64,000 nucleotides of DNA from an uncultured Candidatus Entotheonella sp. (GCA_965217185.1 OZ244252.1:2336001-2400000); one strand, 5' to 3'; positions 8,707 through 23,075 are shown, counted from the stretch's first letter. Numbers and translations: made by a program. Notes: generated by a model not told the origin, from the letters alone.

Positions 8707-11538
8707 ATGCCCAGACCCAGAAGAACCCGGAGCACCGCCGGCAAGCAGGTGGAAGCGCTGCGCCACGAGCAGGACACCCGCACTAACATCCCCACGGCGG
8801 AGTACCAGTCGATGGTGCGGGAGGAGCAGGAGACGCCCCTGCGCGTGGCCTACCAGCGGCGCAACCGCGACCTGGACCCGCAGCTGGTCTGGCGGGGCAA
8901 GGACCAGCAGGACCTGGACGACCTGGTGGTCAACGTGCCGCCCCTGTACATCCAGGAGAAGGTGCATCCCAAGGTGCTGATCGACGACCTGGTGCGCCAG
9001 TCCCGCAACGGTCGCGAGCCCGCCGACTACCAGATAGACATGTTTGCTGATTTCAACGGCCTGCCCGAGGGCGCCGACCGCACCGAGTTCTACCAGCACG
9101 AGGGCTACTGGCAGAACCGCATGATCCTGGGCGACAGCCTGCAGGTGATGGCCTCCCTCTCCGAGCGGGAGGGACTGCAGGGCAAGGTGCAGTGCATCTA
9201 CATCGACCCGCCCTACGGCATCCGGTTCAACTCCAACTTCCAGTGGTCCACCACCAGCCGCGACGTGCGCGACGGCAACCGCCAGCACATCACCCGCGAG
9301 CCGGAGCAGGTCAAGGCCTTCCGCGATACCTGGCGCGACGGCATCCACTCCTACCTGACCTACCTGCGCGACCGCCTCACCGTGGCCCGTGACCTGCTGA
9401 CCGACTCCGGCTCCATCTTTGTGCAGATCGGGGATGAGAACGTCCACCGGGTGCGGGCGGTGATGGACGAGGTATTTGGGGATGAGAACTTTTTGGCACT
9501 GATACCATTTCTGACTACAACGTCGCAGAGTGCGTCAGGAATTGGCTCTGTCGCGGATTACCTCGTCTGGTACTCCAAATCTCGGGTGTCGGTGAAATAT
9601 CGCCAACTCTATGCACCGAAGCAGCCTGCTGCAACAGGCGGCTGGTCACTCAATTACGCACGGTTCGATGGAATAGAGTATCGACCGTTAACTCGTGAAG
9701 AACGAGAACAAAGACACTCGTCACCTGAAAAGGTGGAACTATACCGGCTGGACAATCTTACATCGCAAGGTCCCACTCCGTCCGGGACAGTGGACTTCGA
9801 ATTCCATAACAAGAAATATCATCCAGGGTCGCGGAATCATTGGAAAACAACGATTCCTGGGATGCGAAACTTGGCGAGGGCCCATCGGATTCAAGCTTCT
9901 ACGAATTCCATTCAATACGTTCGGTTTTTCAATGATTTTGCTATTCAGCCGATCACAAACATCTGGACGGACTCAACTCAAGCCGGATTCGTAGACGATA
10001 AATTGTACGTGGTTCAAACAGTAAGCAAAGTGGCTGAGCGTTGCATCCTGATGACCACCGACCCAGGGGACCTAGTGCTGGACCCGACCTGCGGGTCCGG
10101 CACCACCGCCTACGTGGCCGAGCAGTGGGGGCGGCGGTGGATAACCATCGACACCTCCCGCGTCGCTTTGGCCCTGGCCCGTGCCCGCATCATGGGCGCC
10201 CGCTATCCCTACTACATCCTCGCCGACAGCAAGGACGGGCAACTGAAGGAGGCCGAACTCTCCCGTAAGGCGCCCTCGGAGATGGCAACCTACGGGAACG
10301 TCCGTCAGGGGTTCGTCTACGAGCGGGTCCCCCACATCACCCTGCGGGACATCGCCAACAACGCCGAGATTGACGTCATCTACGAGGAATACCAGGAGAA
10401 GCTGGAACCGCTGCGGGAGGAGCTGAACCAAGCCTTGGAGACCACGTGGGAGGAGTGGGAGATTCCGCGGGACGCCGAGGAGTCGTGGTCAGAAGAGGCG
10501 CAGGCGCTGCATCGGCAGTGGTGGGAACGGCGCATCGCCCGCCAGAAGGAGATTGATGCCTCCATTGCCGCCCGCGCCGACCACGAGTACCTGTATGACA
10601 AGCCCTATACCGACAACAGTAAGGTGCGGGTGGCCGGCCCCTTCACCGTGGAGAGCATCTCACCCCACCGGGTGCTGGGCGTGGACGAGAACGGCGACGT
10701 TATCGACGGCATCGCCGAGGCCCGCAACGGCTACGGCACGGGCTACGACTTCGGCCAGATCATCCTGGATAACCTGCGGCGATCAGGTGTGCAGCAGGCC
10801 CACCGGGAGGACCGCATCACCTTCACGTCCCTGACGCCCTGGCCGGGACGATTCGTCTGCGCCGATGGCCGCTACGTCGAGGGCGGCAGCGGGGACGACG
10901 ATGACGCGCCGGCCGGCCCCGAGCGGAGGGCGGCCGTGTTCATCGGGCCGGAGTTCGGCACGGTGTCGCGCCCCGACCTGGTGGAGGCGGCGCGGGAGGC
11001 CGCCGACGGCGGTTTCGACGTGCTGGTCGCCTGCGCCTTCAACTACGAGGCCCACACCACGGAGTTCGAGAGCCTGGGGCGGGTGCCGGTGCTGAAGGCC
11101 CGCATGAACGCCGACCTGCACATGGCCGGCGAGCTGAAGAACACCGGCAACGGCAACCTGTTCGTCATCTTCGGCGAGCCGGACATCGACGTGCTGGACG
11201 CTGACGAAGGGCATATCCAGGTGCGGGTGAACGGCGTGGACGTGTTCCACCCCAACACCGGCGAGGTGCGCAGCGACGGGCCGGAGGGCATCGCCTGCTG
11301 GTTCATCGACACCGACTACAACCAGGAGAGCTTCTTCGTCCGCCACGCCTACTTCCTCGGCGCCGGCGACCCGTACAAATCGCTAAAGACCACCCTCAAG
11401 GCCGAGATCGACGCCGACGCCTGGGCCACCCTCCACAGCGCCACCTCCCGCCCCTTCCCCAAGCCCGAGCCCGGCCGCATCGCGGTCAAGGTCATCAACC
11501 ACCTCGGCGACGAGGTCATGAAGGTGTTCCGGGTGTGA
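8707..11538 (+). CDS. Type III-like adenine DNA methyltransferase (Mod)
   Basis: IYIDPPYG catalytic motif and DPTCGSGTT SAM-binding motif (beta order). Confidence 0.9.
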   Translation: MPRPRRTRSTAGKQVEALRHEQDTRTNIPTAEYQSMVREEQETPLRVAYQRRNRDLDPQLVWRGKDQQDLDDLVVNVPPLYIQEKVHPKVLIDDLVRQSRNGREPADYQIDMFADFNGLPEGADRTEFYQHEGYWQNRMILGDSLQVMASLSEREGLQGKVQCIYIDPPYGIRFNSNFQWSTTSRDVRDGNRQHITREPEQVKAFRDTWRDGIHSYLTYLRDRLTVARDLLTDSGSIFVQIGDENVHRVRAVMDEVFGDENFLALIPFLTTTSQSASGIGSVADYLVWYSKSRVSVKYRQLYAPKQPAATGGWSLNYARFDGIEYRPLTREEREQRHSSPEKVELYRLDNLTSQGPTPSGTVDFEFHNKKYHPGSRNHWKTTIPGMRNLARAHRIQASTNSIQYVRFFNDFAIQPITNIWTDSTQAGFVDDKLYVVQTVSKVAERCILMTTDPGDLVLDPTCGSGTTAYVAEQWGRRWITIDTSRVALALARARIMGARYPYYILADSKDGQLKEAELSRKAPSEMATYGNVRQGFVYERVPHITLRDIANNAEIDVIYEEYQEKLEPLREELNQALETTWEEWEIPRDAEESWSEEAQALHRQWWERRIARQKEIDASIAARADHEYLYDKPYTDNSKVRVAGPFTVESISPHRVLGVDENGDVIDGIAEARNGYGTGYDFGQIILDNLRRSGVQQAHREDRITFTSLTPWPGRFVCADGRYVEGGSGDDDDAPAGPERRAAVFIGPEFGTVSRPDLVEAAREAADGGFDVLVACAFNYEAHTTEFESLGRVPVLKARMNADLHMAGELKNTGNGNLFVIFGEPDIDVLDADEGHIQVRVNGVDVFHPNTGEVRSDGPEGIACWFIDTDYNQESFFVRHAYFLGAGDPYKSLKTTLKAEIDADAWATLHSATSRPFPKPEPGRIAVKVINHLGDEVMKVFRV

Positions 11539-11570
11539 CGAAGCGCCGGCACGGACCGGGGGTGAGACCG

Positions 11571-13661
11571 GTGGATTTTCGCATTGCCGACACGTTCACC
11601 GACAGCCTCGCGAAGCTGACCGCCGACGAGCAGAAGACCGCCAAGACCACCGCGTTCGACTTGCAACTCGATGCGTTCGCACCGGGACTGTCGTTTCACA
11701 AGCTCGACCGCGTGAAGGACAAGAACTTCCTATCGGTTCGCGTCAATCGGGACATTCGCCTGATCGTGCATCGAACCGCGGCGAGCCTGCTGCTGTGCTA
11801 TGTCAACCACCACGACGACGCCTATCGCTGGGCCGAGCGCCGCAAGATCGAGCGGCATCCGAAGACCGGCGCCGCGCAGATCGTCGAAATCCGCGAGACC
11901 GTGCGCAACGTCGAGATTCTGCGCCGCCTCACGACGGAAACATCGACCGTGCCGGCCAGCGCGACCAAGCCCACGCTCTTCGCGGGCGTGTCCAACGACG
12001 AGTTGCTGGCTTACGGTGTGCCGCGGGAGTGGCTGGACGAGGCTCGGAACGCGGACGAGGATTCATTGCTCGATCTCGCCGATCACCTGCCGGCCGAAGC
12101 GGCCGAGGCGCTGTTGGAGCTTGCAACCGGCGGCACGCCGGATCGGCCCTCTCAAGCGGCGCCCGACGCCGATCCGTTCGCCCACCCGGACGCTCGACGC
12201 CGCTTCCGCATCGTGGCGAATGCGGAGGAACTGGAGCGCGCCCTTGAATATCCGTGGGAGAAGTGGACCGTCTTCCTGCACCCGGCGCAGCGCCGCATCG
12301 TCGAGCGCGACTTTGGCGGCCCGGCCCGGGTCTCCGGCTCGGCGGGGACCGGGAAGACGATTGTCGCGCTTCACCGGGCCGTCCACCTCGCCCAAGCGCA
12401 TCCGGACGCGCGGGTTCTGCTTGCCACTTTCTCTGATACGCTTGCGAATGCGTTGCGCGTGAAGCTGAGGCGCCTGATCGGCAACCGGCCGACCATCGCC
12501 GAGCGCCTCGACGTGCACTCGATGGTCGGGATCGGGCGGCGCCTCTATGAGGCGAATTTCGGCCGCCCCCATCTGGCGACCGACGAGCAGGTTCGGAAGC
12601 TCCTTGCTCGAGCGGCGGGCGAAGTGGAGGGGCACAGGTTCAGCCCGTATTTTCTGTGGACGGAATGGAACAAAGTCGTCGACGCCTGGCAGCTCGAGAG
12701 CTGGGAGGACTACCGGGACGTCGCACGGCTCGGCCGCAAGACGTGCCTGGCAGAACCGCAGCGCGCCGTTTTGTGGTCGATCTTTGCCAAATTGCGGGTC
12801 GCCCTTGGCGAGCGAGAGTGCCTCACGGAGCCCGGCCTGTTCCGTCGTCTGGAGCGGCATTTCTCGAAGGCGCGTCATTCGCCGTTCGATTTCTGCGTCA
12901 TTGATGAGGCTCAGGACATCGGCGTGCCCGAGCTCCGCTTTCTCGCCGCCCTCGGCGGTGACCGGCCCGGCTGCCTGTTCTTCGCCGGGGATCTGGGTCA
13001 ACGAATTTTCCAGACGCCGTTCTCGTGGCGGTCGCTCGGCGTGGACGTGCGCGGACGTTCCCAAACCCTGCGCATCAATTACCGGACCTCGCACCAGATT
13101 CGGCGACAGGCGGATCGACTTCTGCCAAGCGAGCTCGCCGACGTCGACGGCGTCCCCGAACGGCGCGGCGGCACGATCTCGGTGTTCAACGGACCGGAGC
13201 CGCTTATCCGAATGCCGGATTCGCCCGATGCGGAGAGGGCCGCCATCGCCGAGTGGCTCGCCGCGCGGCGCAAGGAGGGATACGAACCGCATGAGATTGG
13301 CGTGTTTGTCCGGTCCGAGGACGAGATGGAGCGGGCATTCAAGGCTGTCCACGCCGCCGGAATGTCCGCGGTGGCATTGGATGAGCGCTCGGACGCTGCA
13401 CCCGGCAGCATCGCGGTCGGAACGATGCATCTCGCCAAGGGCCTGGAGTTCCGCGCCGTAGCGGTCGTGGCGTGTGACGGCGAAATCCTGCCCTTGCAAT
13501 CCAGGATCGAAAGCATCGCCGATGAAGCCGACCTGGCGGATACCTACGAGACCGAGCGGCGCCTTCTCTACGTAGCGTGCACGCGCGCCCGCGATCACCT
13601 GCTGGTGACCGGCGTGCAGCCGGTGTCCGAATTTCTCGATGATCTGCGGACGAATTTGTAG
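11571..13661 (+). CDS. UvrD/Rep-like SF1 helicase with N-terminal RelE/ParE-like domain
   Basis: GSAGTGKT, IDEAQD, NYRT, AKGLEF, LYVACTRA; N-terminal FRIADTF...SVRVNRDIRLI...YVNHHDDAY; GTG start inferred. Confidence 0.85.
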   Translation: MDFRIADTFTDSLAKLTADEQKTAKTTAFDLQLDAFAPGLSFHKLDRVKDKNFLSVRVNRDIRLIVHRTAASLLLCYVNHHDDAYRWAERRKIERHPKTGAAQIVEIRETVRNVEILRRLTTETSTVPASATKPTLFAGVSNDELLAYGVPREWLDEARNADEDSLLDLADHLPAEAAEALLELATGGTPDRPSQAAPDADPFAHPDARRRFRIVANAEELERALEYPWEKWTVFLHPAQRRIVERDFGGPARVSGSAGTGKTIVALHRAVHLAQAHPDARVLLATFSDTLANALRVKLRRLIGNRPTIAERLDVHSMVGIGRRLYEANFGRPHLATDEQVRKLLARAAGEVEGHRFSPYFLWTEWNKVVDAWQLESWEDYRDVARLGRKTCLAEPQRAVLWSIFAKLRVALGERECLTEPGLFRRLERHFSKARHSPFDFCVIDEAQDIGVPELRFLAALGGDRPGCLFFAGDLGQRIFQTPFSWRSLGVDVRGRSQTLRINYRTSHQIRRQADRLLPSELADVDGVPERRGGTISVFNGPEPLIRMPDSPDAERAAIAEWLAARRKEGYEPHEIGVFVRSEDEMERAFKAVHAAGMSAVALDERSDAAPGSIAVGTMHLAKGLEFRAVAVVACDGEILPLQSRIESIADEADLADTYETERRLLYVACTRARDHLLVTGVQPVSEFLDDLRTNL

Positions 13662-13766
13662 TCCCGACCACGGCGCCGGTCCTCCGGCGCATGAAGCACG
13701 GAGCCGCGTGAGGAAGATCAGGGATTTGCGGTCGAGACGCCCGCGTACCAAGGTGGGAACAGCAGG

Positions 13767-14195
13767 TCAGCGGGGTTCTGCCTCGTGACACTCCAGTTGG
13801 CTGAAGAAGAACGGGATTTCCTGTGCCGCCGAAGCGGGCGAATCGGACCCGTGGATGGAGTTTTTCTCTACGTCAACGCCGAATTCCTGCCGCAGGGTGC
13901 CCGGTGCCGCCTGGCTCGGATCGGTAGCCCCCATCACGTCGCGCAAGGTCTTGATGGCCTCATCGCGTTGTAGCAGCAGTGGCATGATCGGCCCTGACGC
14001 CATGTAGGCGGTCAGGCTGTCGAAGAACGGCCGCTCGCGGTGTACGGCGTAAAACAGCTTGGCGTCGTCCTGTCGGAGGCGGATCATTTTCAGCCCGAGC
14101 ACGACGAATCCTTCGCTTTGCAGACGGGCGATGACGCTGCCCGCCAGGTTGCGCCCCACGGCGTCCGGTTTAATGATGGCTAACGTGCGTTCCAA
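13767..14195 (-). CDS. ndk: Nucleoside diphosphate kinase
   Basis: ERTLAIIKPDAV, NSIHGSDS; TTG start inferred. Confidence 0.95.
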   Translation of the reverse strand: MERTLAIIKPDAVGRNLAGSVIARLQSEGFVVLGLKMIRLRQDDAKLFYAVHRERPFFDSLTAYMASGPIMPLLLQRDEAIKTLRDVMGATDPSQAAPGTLRQEFGVDVEKNSIHGSDSPASAAQEIPFFFSQLECHEAEPR

Positions 14196-14206
14196 ATTTT
14201 GCCCTT

Positions 14207-15082
14207 TCAGGTGTTCCCGTCCAACACGTCCGTCACCGCCGCGCCGATGCCGGCGGGGCTGCAGACGACCGTGAGACCGTTTTCTTCCATAGCTGCAATT
14301 TTCGAGGCCGCGGTGCCTCGGCCCCCGTCGATGATCGCCCCGGCGTGCCCCATGCGGCGGCCCGGGGGGGCGCTTTGTCCGGCGATAAATCCGACCACCG
14401 GCTTGCTGAGGTGCTCGGCGATGTAGGCAGCCGCTTCTTCCTCCGCTGAGCCGCCGATCTCTCCGATCAAAACGATGACGTCGGTGTCCGCATCCGCCTC
14501 GAACAGGCTCAGGCACTGCACGAAATTGAGGCCGCCGATCGGGTCGCCGCCAATGCCGACGCAAGTGGATTGCCCGATGCCGCGCGCCGTGAGTTGCGCC
14601 ACGGCCTCGTAGGTCAGCGTGCCACTGCGGGAAATCACCCCGACGCGTCCGGGCTGGTGAATGTGTCCCGGCATGATGCCTACCTTGGCCTTGCCTGGCG
14701 AAATGATACCCGGACAATTGGGGCCGATCAGGGTGGTGTCTTTGCCGGCCATATAACGCCGCACGGTGACCATGTCGAGCACCGGAATACCGTCGGTAAT
14801 GCAGACGATCAAGCCGATGCCGGCGTCGACGGCCTCGCAGATGGCGTCCGCCGCGAAGGGCGCGGGCACGAAGATGATGCTGGTGTTCGCGCCGGTATCG
14901 GCCACGGCGCTCGCCACCGTGTTGAACAGTGGTCGGCCCAGGGCTGCACCGCCGCCGCGGCCCGGATTCACGCCGCCGACGTAGCGCGTGCCGTAGTCTA
15001 CCGCCTGCTCGGCGTGAAATCGCCCTTCTCGTCCCATGCCCTGCACAAGTAGGCGGGTATTTTTGTCGACCAGAATACTCAT
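14207..15082 (-). CDS. sucD: Succinyl-CoA synthetase alpha subunit
   Basis: [22 protein letters not shown]. Confidence 0.96.
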   Translation of the reverse strand: MSILVDKNTRLLVQGMGREGRFHAEQAVDYGTRYVGGVNPGRGGGAALGRPLFNTVASAVADTGANTSIIFVPAPFAADAICEAVDAGIGLIVCITDGIPVLDMVTVRRYMAGKDTTLIGPNCPGIISPGKAKVGIMPGHIHQPGRVGVISRSGTLTYEAVAQLTARGIGQSTCVGIGGDPIGGLNFVQCLSLFEADADTDVIVLIGEIGGSAEEEAAAYIAEHLSKPVVGFIAGQSAPPGRRMGHAGAIIDGGRGTAASKIAAMEENGLTVVCSPAGIGAAVTDVLDGNT

Positions 15083-16254
15083 TGTCCGTCCTGCGCGCGG
15101 ATGACTTGCGATACCTTGGCAGCAGCGTCCGCCATGTCGTCTGCCACCAAAAAATTCAGATCCGACTCGGCAAATAACCGCTGGCCTTCTTCGGCGTTGG
15201 TGCCGGCAATGCGAACGATCACCGGAACTTCCACCGCAACCTTGGACACTGCATGCAACACGCCTTCCGCGAACACGTCGCAGCGCAGAATGCCGCCGAA
15301 GATGTTGATCAGCACGGCTTTGACGTGTGGGTCAGCCATCAGAATGCGAAAGGCGTTCTCGACCCTGTCGGCATCGGCGGCACCGCCTACGTCCAGAAAA
15401 TTGGCCGGGGAAGCGCCGCCCAGCTTGATAACGTCCATCGTGGCCATGGCCAAGCCGGCGCCGTTGACGATGCAGCCGACATTGCCGGAGAGCTTGATGT
15501 ACGAAAGGTCGTACGCGGCCGCTTCAACTTCCAGAGGGTCTTCCTCGGTGGGGTCGCGCAGCGCGGCAACGTCGGGGTGACGGAACAGGGCGTTGTCGTC
15601 GAATTGTATTTTGGCGTCCAGAACCACGGGACGGTCGTCGGGCGTCAGAATCAGTGGGTTGATCTCCAGCAGAGAGCAGTCCTTGGCGCAGAATACGTCG
15701 TAGAGGCTTTGCAGCAGGGGTGCCAGGGCGCGTCGCGCCGCGGCGCTGACGGGCAGGTTGGCGACGAGTCCGCGGGTCTGGAAGTCGGCCAGGCCGAGCA
15801 ATACGTCGATGTGGGTGCGGAAGATTCTCTCAGGATGGTCGGCCGCTACCGTCTCGATGTCCATGCCCCCGGCGGGGCTAAGCATCAGGGCCGGCCGCCC
15901 GGCGCCGCGGTCGATGAACAGGCTGCAATACAACTCCTGGGCAATGTCGCAGCCTTCTTCAATAAGAACCTGCTGCACTTCCTGGCCTTGCGGCCCAGTT
16001 TGCGGCGTCACCAGGCGGCTTCCCAGGAGTTGCCCGGCGCAGTGCTCCACCTCCGAAAGGCTGGCAGCTCGCCGGATGCCGCCGCCCTTGCCGCGCCCGC
16101 CGGCATGAATCTGCGCTTTGACGACCCAGCGTTCGCCGCCGAGGGCCTCGGCCACTTTTCTCGCCTCTGCTGTGGAGGCTGCCGGCGACCCTGCCGGAAC
16201 GGGCACGCCATGATCCCGCAACATTGCCTTGGCCTGATACTCATGGATTTTCAC
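15079..16254 (-). CDS. sucC: Succinyl-CoA synthetase beta subunit
   Basis: [29 protein letters not shown]. Confidence 0.96.
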   Translation of the reverse strand: MKIHEYQAKAMLRDHGVPVPAGSPAASTAEARKVAEALGGERWVVKAQIHAGGRGKGGGIRRAASLSEVEHCAGQLLGSRLVTPQTGPQGQEVQQVLIEEGCDIAQELYCSLFIDRGAGRPALMLSPAGGMDIETVAADHPERIFRTHIDVLLGLADFQTRGLVANLPVSAAARRALAPLLQSLYDVFCAKDCSLLEINPLILTPDDRPVVLDAKIQFDDNALFRHPDVAALRDPTEEDPLEVEAAAYDLSYIKLSGNVGCIVNGAGLAMATMDVIKLGGASPANFLDVGGAADADRVENAFRILMADPHVKAVLINIFGGILRCDVFAEGVLHAVSKVAVEVPVIVRIAGTNAEEGQRLFAESDLNFLVADDMADAAAKVSQVIRAQDGQ

Positions 16255-16367
16255 GGCTGTTCCTTCGGCCCCAGAGTCGGGCGTCGGTTACACGGGATCG
16301 GCTATACTGCCGTTAACGCTGGTTTTTGAACCGCTTCGGGTTCATGAAAGGAAGGGAAAAACGGCAC

Positions 16368-17243
16368 GTGGCAAGACATATTTCGAATCGCCGCAAGCGT
16401 CTGGGACAGGTTTTTTTGCGCGATCGATCGATGGTCGAAAAAATCATGCAAATTGCCGCCCTCGCGGCCGGTGAAACCGCGTTGGAAATCGGCCCGGGCG
16501 GGGGGATTCTCACCACTGCGTTGGCCCGCCAAACCGCCGCTCTGTACGCCCTGGAGATCGACCCGCGTTACGCGCAGGCCATGCTGCAACGGTTCGCTGC
16601 TGCGTCGCACGTTCACGTCCTGCAGGCCGACGCGCGGACTTACGATTACGACCAACTGCCGCAGCCCCTGGTCGTTGTAGCCAATCTGCCGTATCAAGCG
16701 GGTATGGCGATTCTGACACAACTCTTCCGCTTCCGCCATCGGCTGAGCCGCCTCGTCGTCATGCTGCAAAAGGAAGTGGCCGCCCGCCTGCTCGCCAAGC
16801 CCAACTACTCGGCGTACAGCACCACGTCCGTATTCTTCCAATACTACGCTACCCTGAGGCATGGGTTCGAGGTCTCCCGGCACGCCTTCACGCCCGTGCC
16901 CGCGGTCGATTCAACCGTCATCACCTTGACCCCCCATGCCGAATTGCCGTGGCAGAACCACGATGAGCAGTTCTTCTTCCGCGTCGTCCGGCAGGCCTTC
17001 ACCCACCGCCGCAAGCTGCTGCGCGGTAATCTCATCGGCCTTCCCGATCCGTCCCTCAGCCAAACCGTTATCGCACAAGCTTTCGCCACCCTCGGCCTCG
17101 GTAGCAACGCACGGGCGCAGGAACTGACCGTTGCCCAGTTTATCCAGCTCAGCGAGACGTTGCGCCAATTGGTGGCGAACGGGGGCGCCGGTCAGAGCGA
17201 GGGCGGCTGTAACAACTTGCCGAGCCTGTCCCAGCGGATGTAG
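16368..17243 (+). CDS. rsmA: 16S rRNA dimethyladenosine transferase
   Basis: LGQVFL, LEIGPGGG, VANLPY, MLQKEVA; start inferred. Confidence 0.93.
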   Translation: MARHISNRRKRLGQVFLRDRSMVEKIMQIAALAAGETALEIGPGGGILTTALARQTAALYALEIDPRYAQAMLQRFAAASHVHVLQADARTYDYDQLPQPLVVVANLPYQAGMAILTQLFRFRHRLSRLVVMLQKEVAARLLAKPNYSAYSTTSVFFQYYATLRHGFEVSRHAFTPVPAVDSTVITLTPHAELPWQNHDEQFFFRVVRQAFTHRRKLLRGNLIGLPDPSLSQTVIAQAFATLGLGSNARAQELTVAQFIQLSETLRQLVANGGAGQSEGGCNNLPSLSQRM

Positions 17244-17995
17244 TCCGGAAAGCTGGTGGTGCGGTTCCATGACCAGTAGATGAAGAAGGCTTTGCCCTTG
17301 ATGCGTGTGCTGCGCACCAGCCCCCAGAAGCGGCTGTCCCTGCTGTTGCCGCGGTTGTCGCCCAGCGTGAAGTAGTAATCATGCTCGACCGTTAGCGGCC
17401 CGACGGGTTGCCGCAGGGTTGTTCCGGGCGGGAACAGCGGCCCGTAAAACACCTGAAAACCGTCCATGGGTTGACCGTGGTCGCGCGGGTAAAACGTCCC
17501 GGAGGGGATGGGAACGCGTTCGTTGTTCAGATAGAGGTTTTGGTCCTGCCGGATCTCGACTGTGTCCCCTTCCCGCGGGACGACGATTGGTCCGAAGCCA
17601 TCGTGTCCCAGGGAGGCCGTCTCGTGCAGGTACCATTCCTGCTCCAGTGCCCCGCCGTTCACATAAACCTGCCGGTCTCGAACTTCCACCCGGTCGCCGG
17701 GGAGCGCGATGATACGCTTGATGAAGTCGCGCTCCTCGTCCCAAGGATATCGGAAAACGATAACGTCGAATTGTTTGGGATCGGTGAAGTGATAGAGAAA
17801 TTTGTTCACCAGGATGTGGTCGCCGATGAGCAGGGTGTCCTCCATGGAACCCGAGGGAATTTTGAAGGCCTGCACGACAAACTGGCGCAGGATCAGAGCC
17901 AGAACCACGGCAAAAATGATCGATTCAGCGTATTCGCGAAAAACGGATTTTTCTCGCTTTTGTCCCGTCGGGTTTCTTCTCAGTCCTGGTACCAT
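17192..17995 (-). CDS. lepB: Signal peptidase I
   Basis: IPSGSMEDTL, FIKRII, GDNRGNSRDSRFWG. Confidence 0.94.
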   Translation of the reverse strand: MVPGLRRNPTGQKREKSVFREYAESIIFAVVLALILRQFVVQAFKIPSGSMEDTLLIGDHILVNKFLYHFTDPKQFDVIVFRYPWDEERDFIKRIIALPGDRVEVRDRQVYVNGGALEQEWYLHETASLGHDGFGPIVVPREGDTVEIRQDQNLYLNNERVPIPSGTFYPRDHGQPMDGFQVFYGPLFPPGTTLRQPVGPLTVEHDYYFTLGDNRGNSRDSRFWGLVRSTRIKGKAFFIYWSWNRTTSFPDYIRWDRLGKLLQPPSL

Positions 17996-18104
17996 GTTTT
18001 CTGCTTTCTCATTGAATGCCCGCCACTAACGCTTTGGGGCGGGTTGGCTCGGTTTATAACGAGTTCGTGTCCCGCAGGTCGATCACCGGCTTTCCATTGG
18101 ACAT

Positions 18105-18482
18105 TCACAGCTTATATGGCACGACGACAAAGGCAAAACGCTCCGGTGGAAAATCCTTGGTATTGCGGGTTGCGAAACGGAGGTGATGATGCTGGGCAAG
18201 CGCGGCTTGGAAGGCATCGGGTAGTTTCCAGCCATGTATGCGTCGTAGGTCGGCTGCCAAGTCGGAAATCCGCTTGGTAAGTTCGAAAACGGGAAAGCAG
18301 TCGAGAAGCATCGCGGCCTTCTGCCTGTCGTCGGAAGCTTCAAAACCCGTCAGCACTTCTGCACGTGTGATTACAGAAATTGATGCGTTGTGCCTTAACT
18401 GTCCAAGATAAGCGGTGGCTTCGGCAATACCATTAAAATGGTCAATCAAGATAACCGAATCGAGCAAAACACTCAGGGGCAT
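18105..18482 (-). CDS. PIN-domain VapC toxin
   Basis: LLDSVILID, SVITRAEV, LPDAFQAA, TRNTKDF. Confidence 0.88.
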   Translation of the reverse strand: MPLSVLLDSVILIDHFNGIAEATAYLGQLRHNASISVITRAEVLTGFEASDDRQKAAMLLDCFPVFELTKRISDLAADLRRIHGWKLPDAFQAALAQHHHLRFATRNTKDFPPERFAFVVVPYKL

Positions 18483-18715
18483 CTATTCCACTCATTACGG
18501 ACGTTTTCCTGATAACTTAAGCCATCGCCCTGCTTCCACAGACCGCTAGTATGAGAGAGCAACGCATCGTACGTTTCCTGTAGCCTCGGGTCGTTCTTTA
18601 CGTGTTCGTCGATGACCAGAACAATCTGATGTTGCCCAGTAGGGATATCGTCAGGCAGAGTGATGGTTACGGTGTGATCATCTTTCAGTTCCAGTTCACA
18701 GGTTATGGTGCGCAT
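18473..18715 (-). CDS. Putative antitoxin partner of VapC
   Basis: 80-aa ORF overlapping the PIN start; C-terminal GLW...DGLSYQENVRNEW typical of VapB-like partners. Confidence 0.7.
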   Translation of the reverse strand: MRTITCELELKDDHTVTITLPDDIPTGQHQIVLVIDEHVKNDPRLQETYDALLSHTSGLWKQGDGLSYQENVRNEWNRCP

Positions 18716-18815
18716 GGACTAAACTCCTCGATTAACGGACCAAGGCACTATAGACGATTGAAATGTGCATTGCCATGGCCAGTAAACCGCACGCGCACGC
18801 CGCGTGTTTTGGTTG

Positions 18816-19742
18816 CTACTCCGCTGGCGTCTGCAGCTTGCCGCACAGTTCGGCCGCCGTGGCGATGCCGCGGCGCCGCAGGTAGTCTTCCATTTCGGAC
18901 ACGATTTTCCGGCAGGCGGCGGGGTCTGCGAAGCTTGCCGTACCCACTTGGCAAGCCGCAGCGCCGGCCAGGAGAAATTCCAGCGCGTCCCGGCCGCTCA
19001 TAATGCCGCCTATGCCGACGACGGGAATGCGTACCGCCTGCGCCACCTGCCAGACCATGCGCAGCGCGATGGGCTTGATGGCCGGTCCTGAAAGGCCGCC
19101 GAATCCGAGCGGCAACTCCGCCCGCCGCGCCTCCAGATCGATGGCCATGCCTAGTACCGTATTGATCAGAGAGATCGCGTCGGCGCCGGCCGCCTCGGCG
19201 GCGCGGGCGATTTCCGTGATGTCGGTGACGTTTGGGCTGAGCTTGACCCACAACGGCAGGTGGGTAGCTTGTCGTATTTTTCCGACGACCTCTGCCGTCA
19301 GACGTGCATCGCTGCTGAACAGCATGCCGCCGTGCCGGACGTTGGGGCAGGAGATGTTGGCCTCGAGAGCCGCGATGCCTTCCGCCTCGCTGGCCCGGGC
19401 CGCCACGGCGGCGTATTCATCCGGCGAATCGCCAAAGAAATTGACCACGACGTTGGTGCGGTAGCCCCGCAAGCGCGGTAGCTTGTCGCGCAGGAACGCC
19501 TCGATGCCGACGTTCTGCAGACCGACGGAGTTGAGCATGCCGGCCGTCGTCTCAACGAGCCGCGGCGCCGGGTTACCAGGACGCGGTTCAAGCGACAAGC
19601 CTTTCACTACCACGCCGCCCATGCGGTTGAGGTCAACAAAGGGGTGGAGTTCCTCGCCGTATCCGCAGGTGCCCGACGCCGCGATGATGGGATTTTGCAA
19701 ACACAGCCCGGCAACGTTTACCCGCAAGTCGGGCGTTGGCAC
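18816..19742 (-). CDS. pyrD: Dihydroorotate dehydrogenase family 1 catalytic subunit
   Basis: GMLNSVGLQN, NISCPN, KLSPN, GGLSGPAIKP; GTG start inferred. Confidence 0.93.
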   Translation of the reverse strand: MPTPDLRVNVAGLCLQNPIIAASGTCGYGEELHPFVDLNRMGGVVVKGLSLEPRPGNPAPRLVETTAGMLNSVGLQNVGIEAFLRDKLPRLRGYRTNVVVNFFGDSPDEYAAVAARASEAEGIAALEANISCPNVRHGGMLFSSDARLTAEVVGKIRQATHLPLWVKLSPNVTDITEIARAAEAAGADAISLINTVLGMAIDLEARRAELPLGFGGLSGPAIKPIALRMVWQVAQAVRIPVVGIGGIMSGRDALEFLLAGAAACQVGTASFADPAACRKIVSEMEDYLRRRGIATAAELCGKLQTPAE

Positions 19743-19753
19743 GGCAGACTCTT

Positions 19754-23074
<3,321 letters not shown>

Positions 23075-23075
23075 T

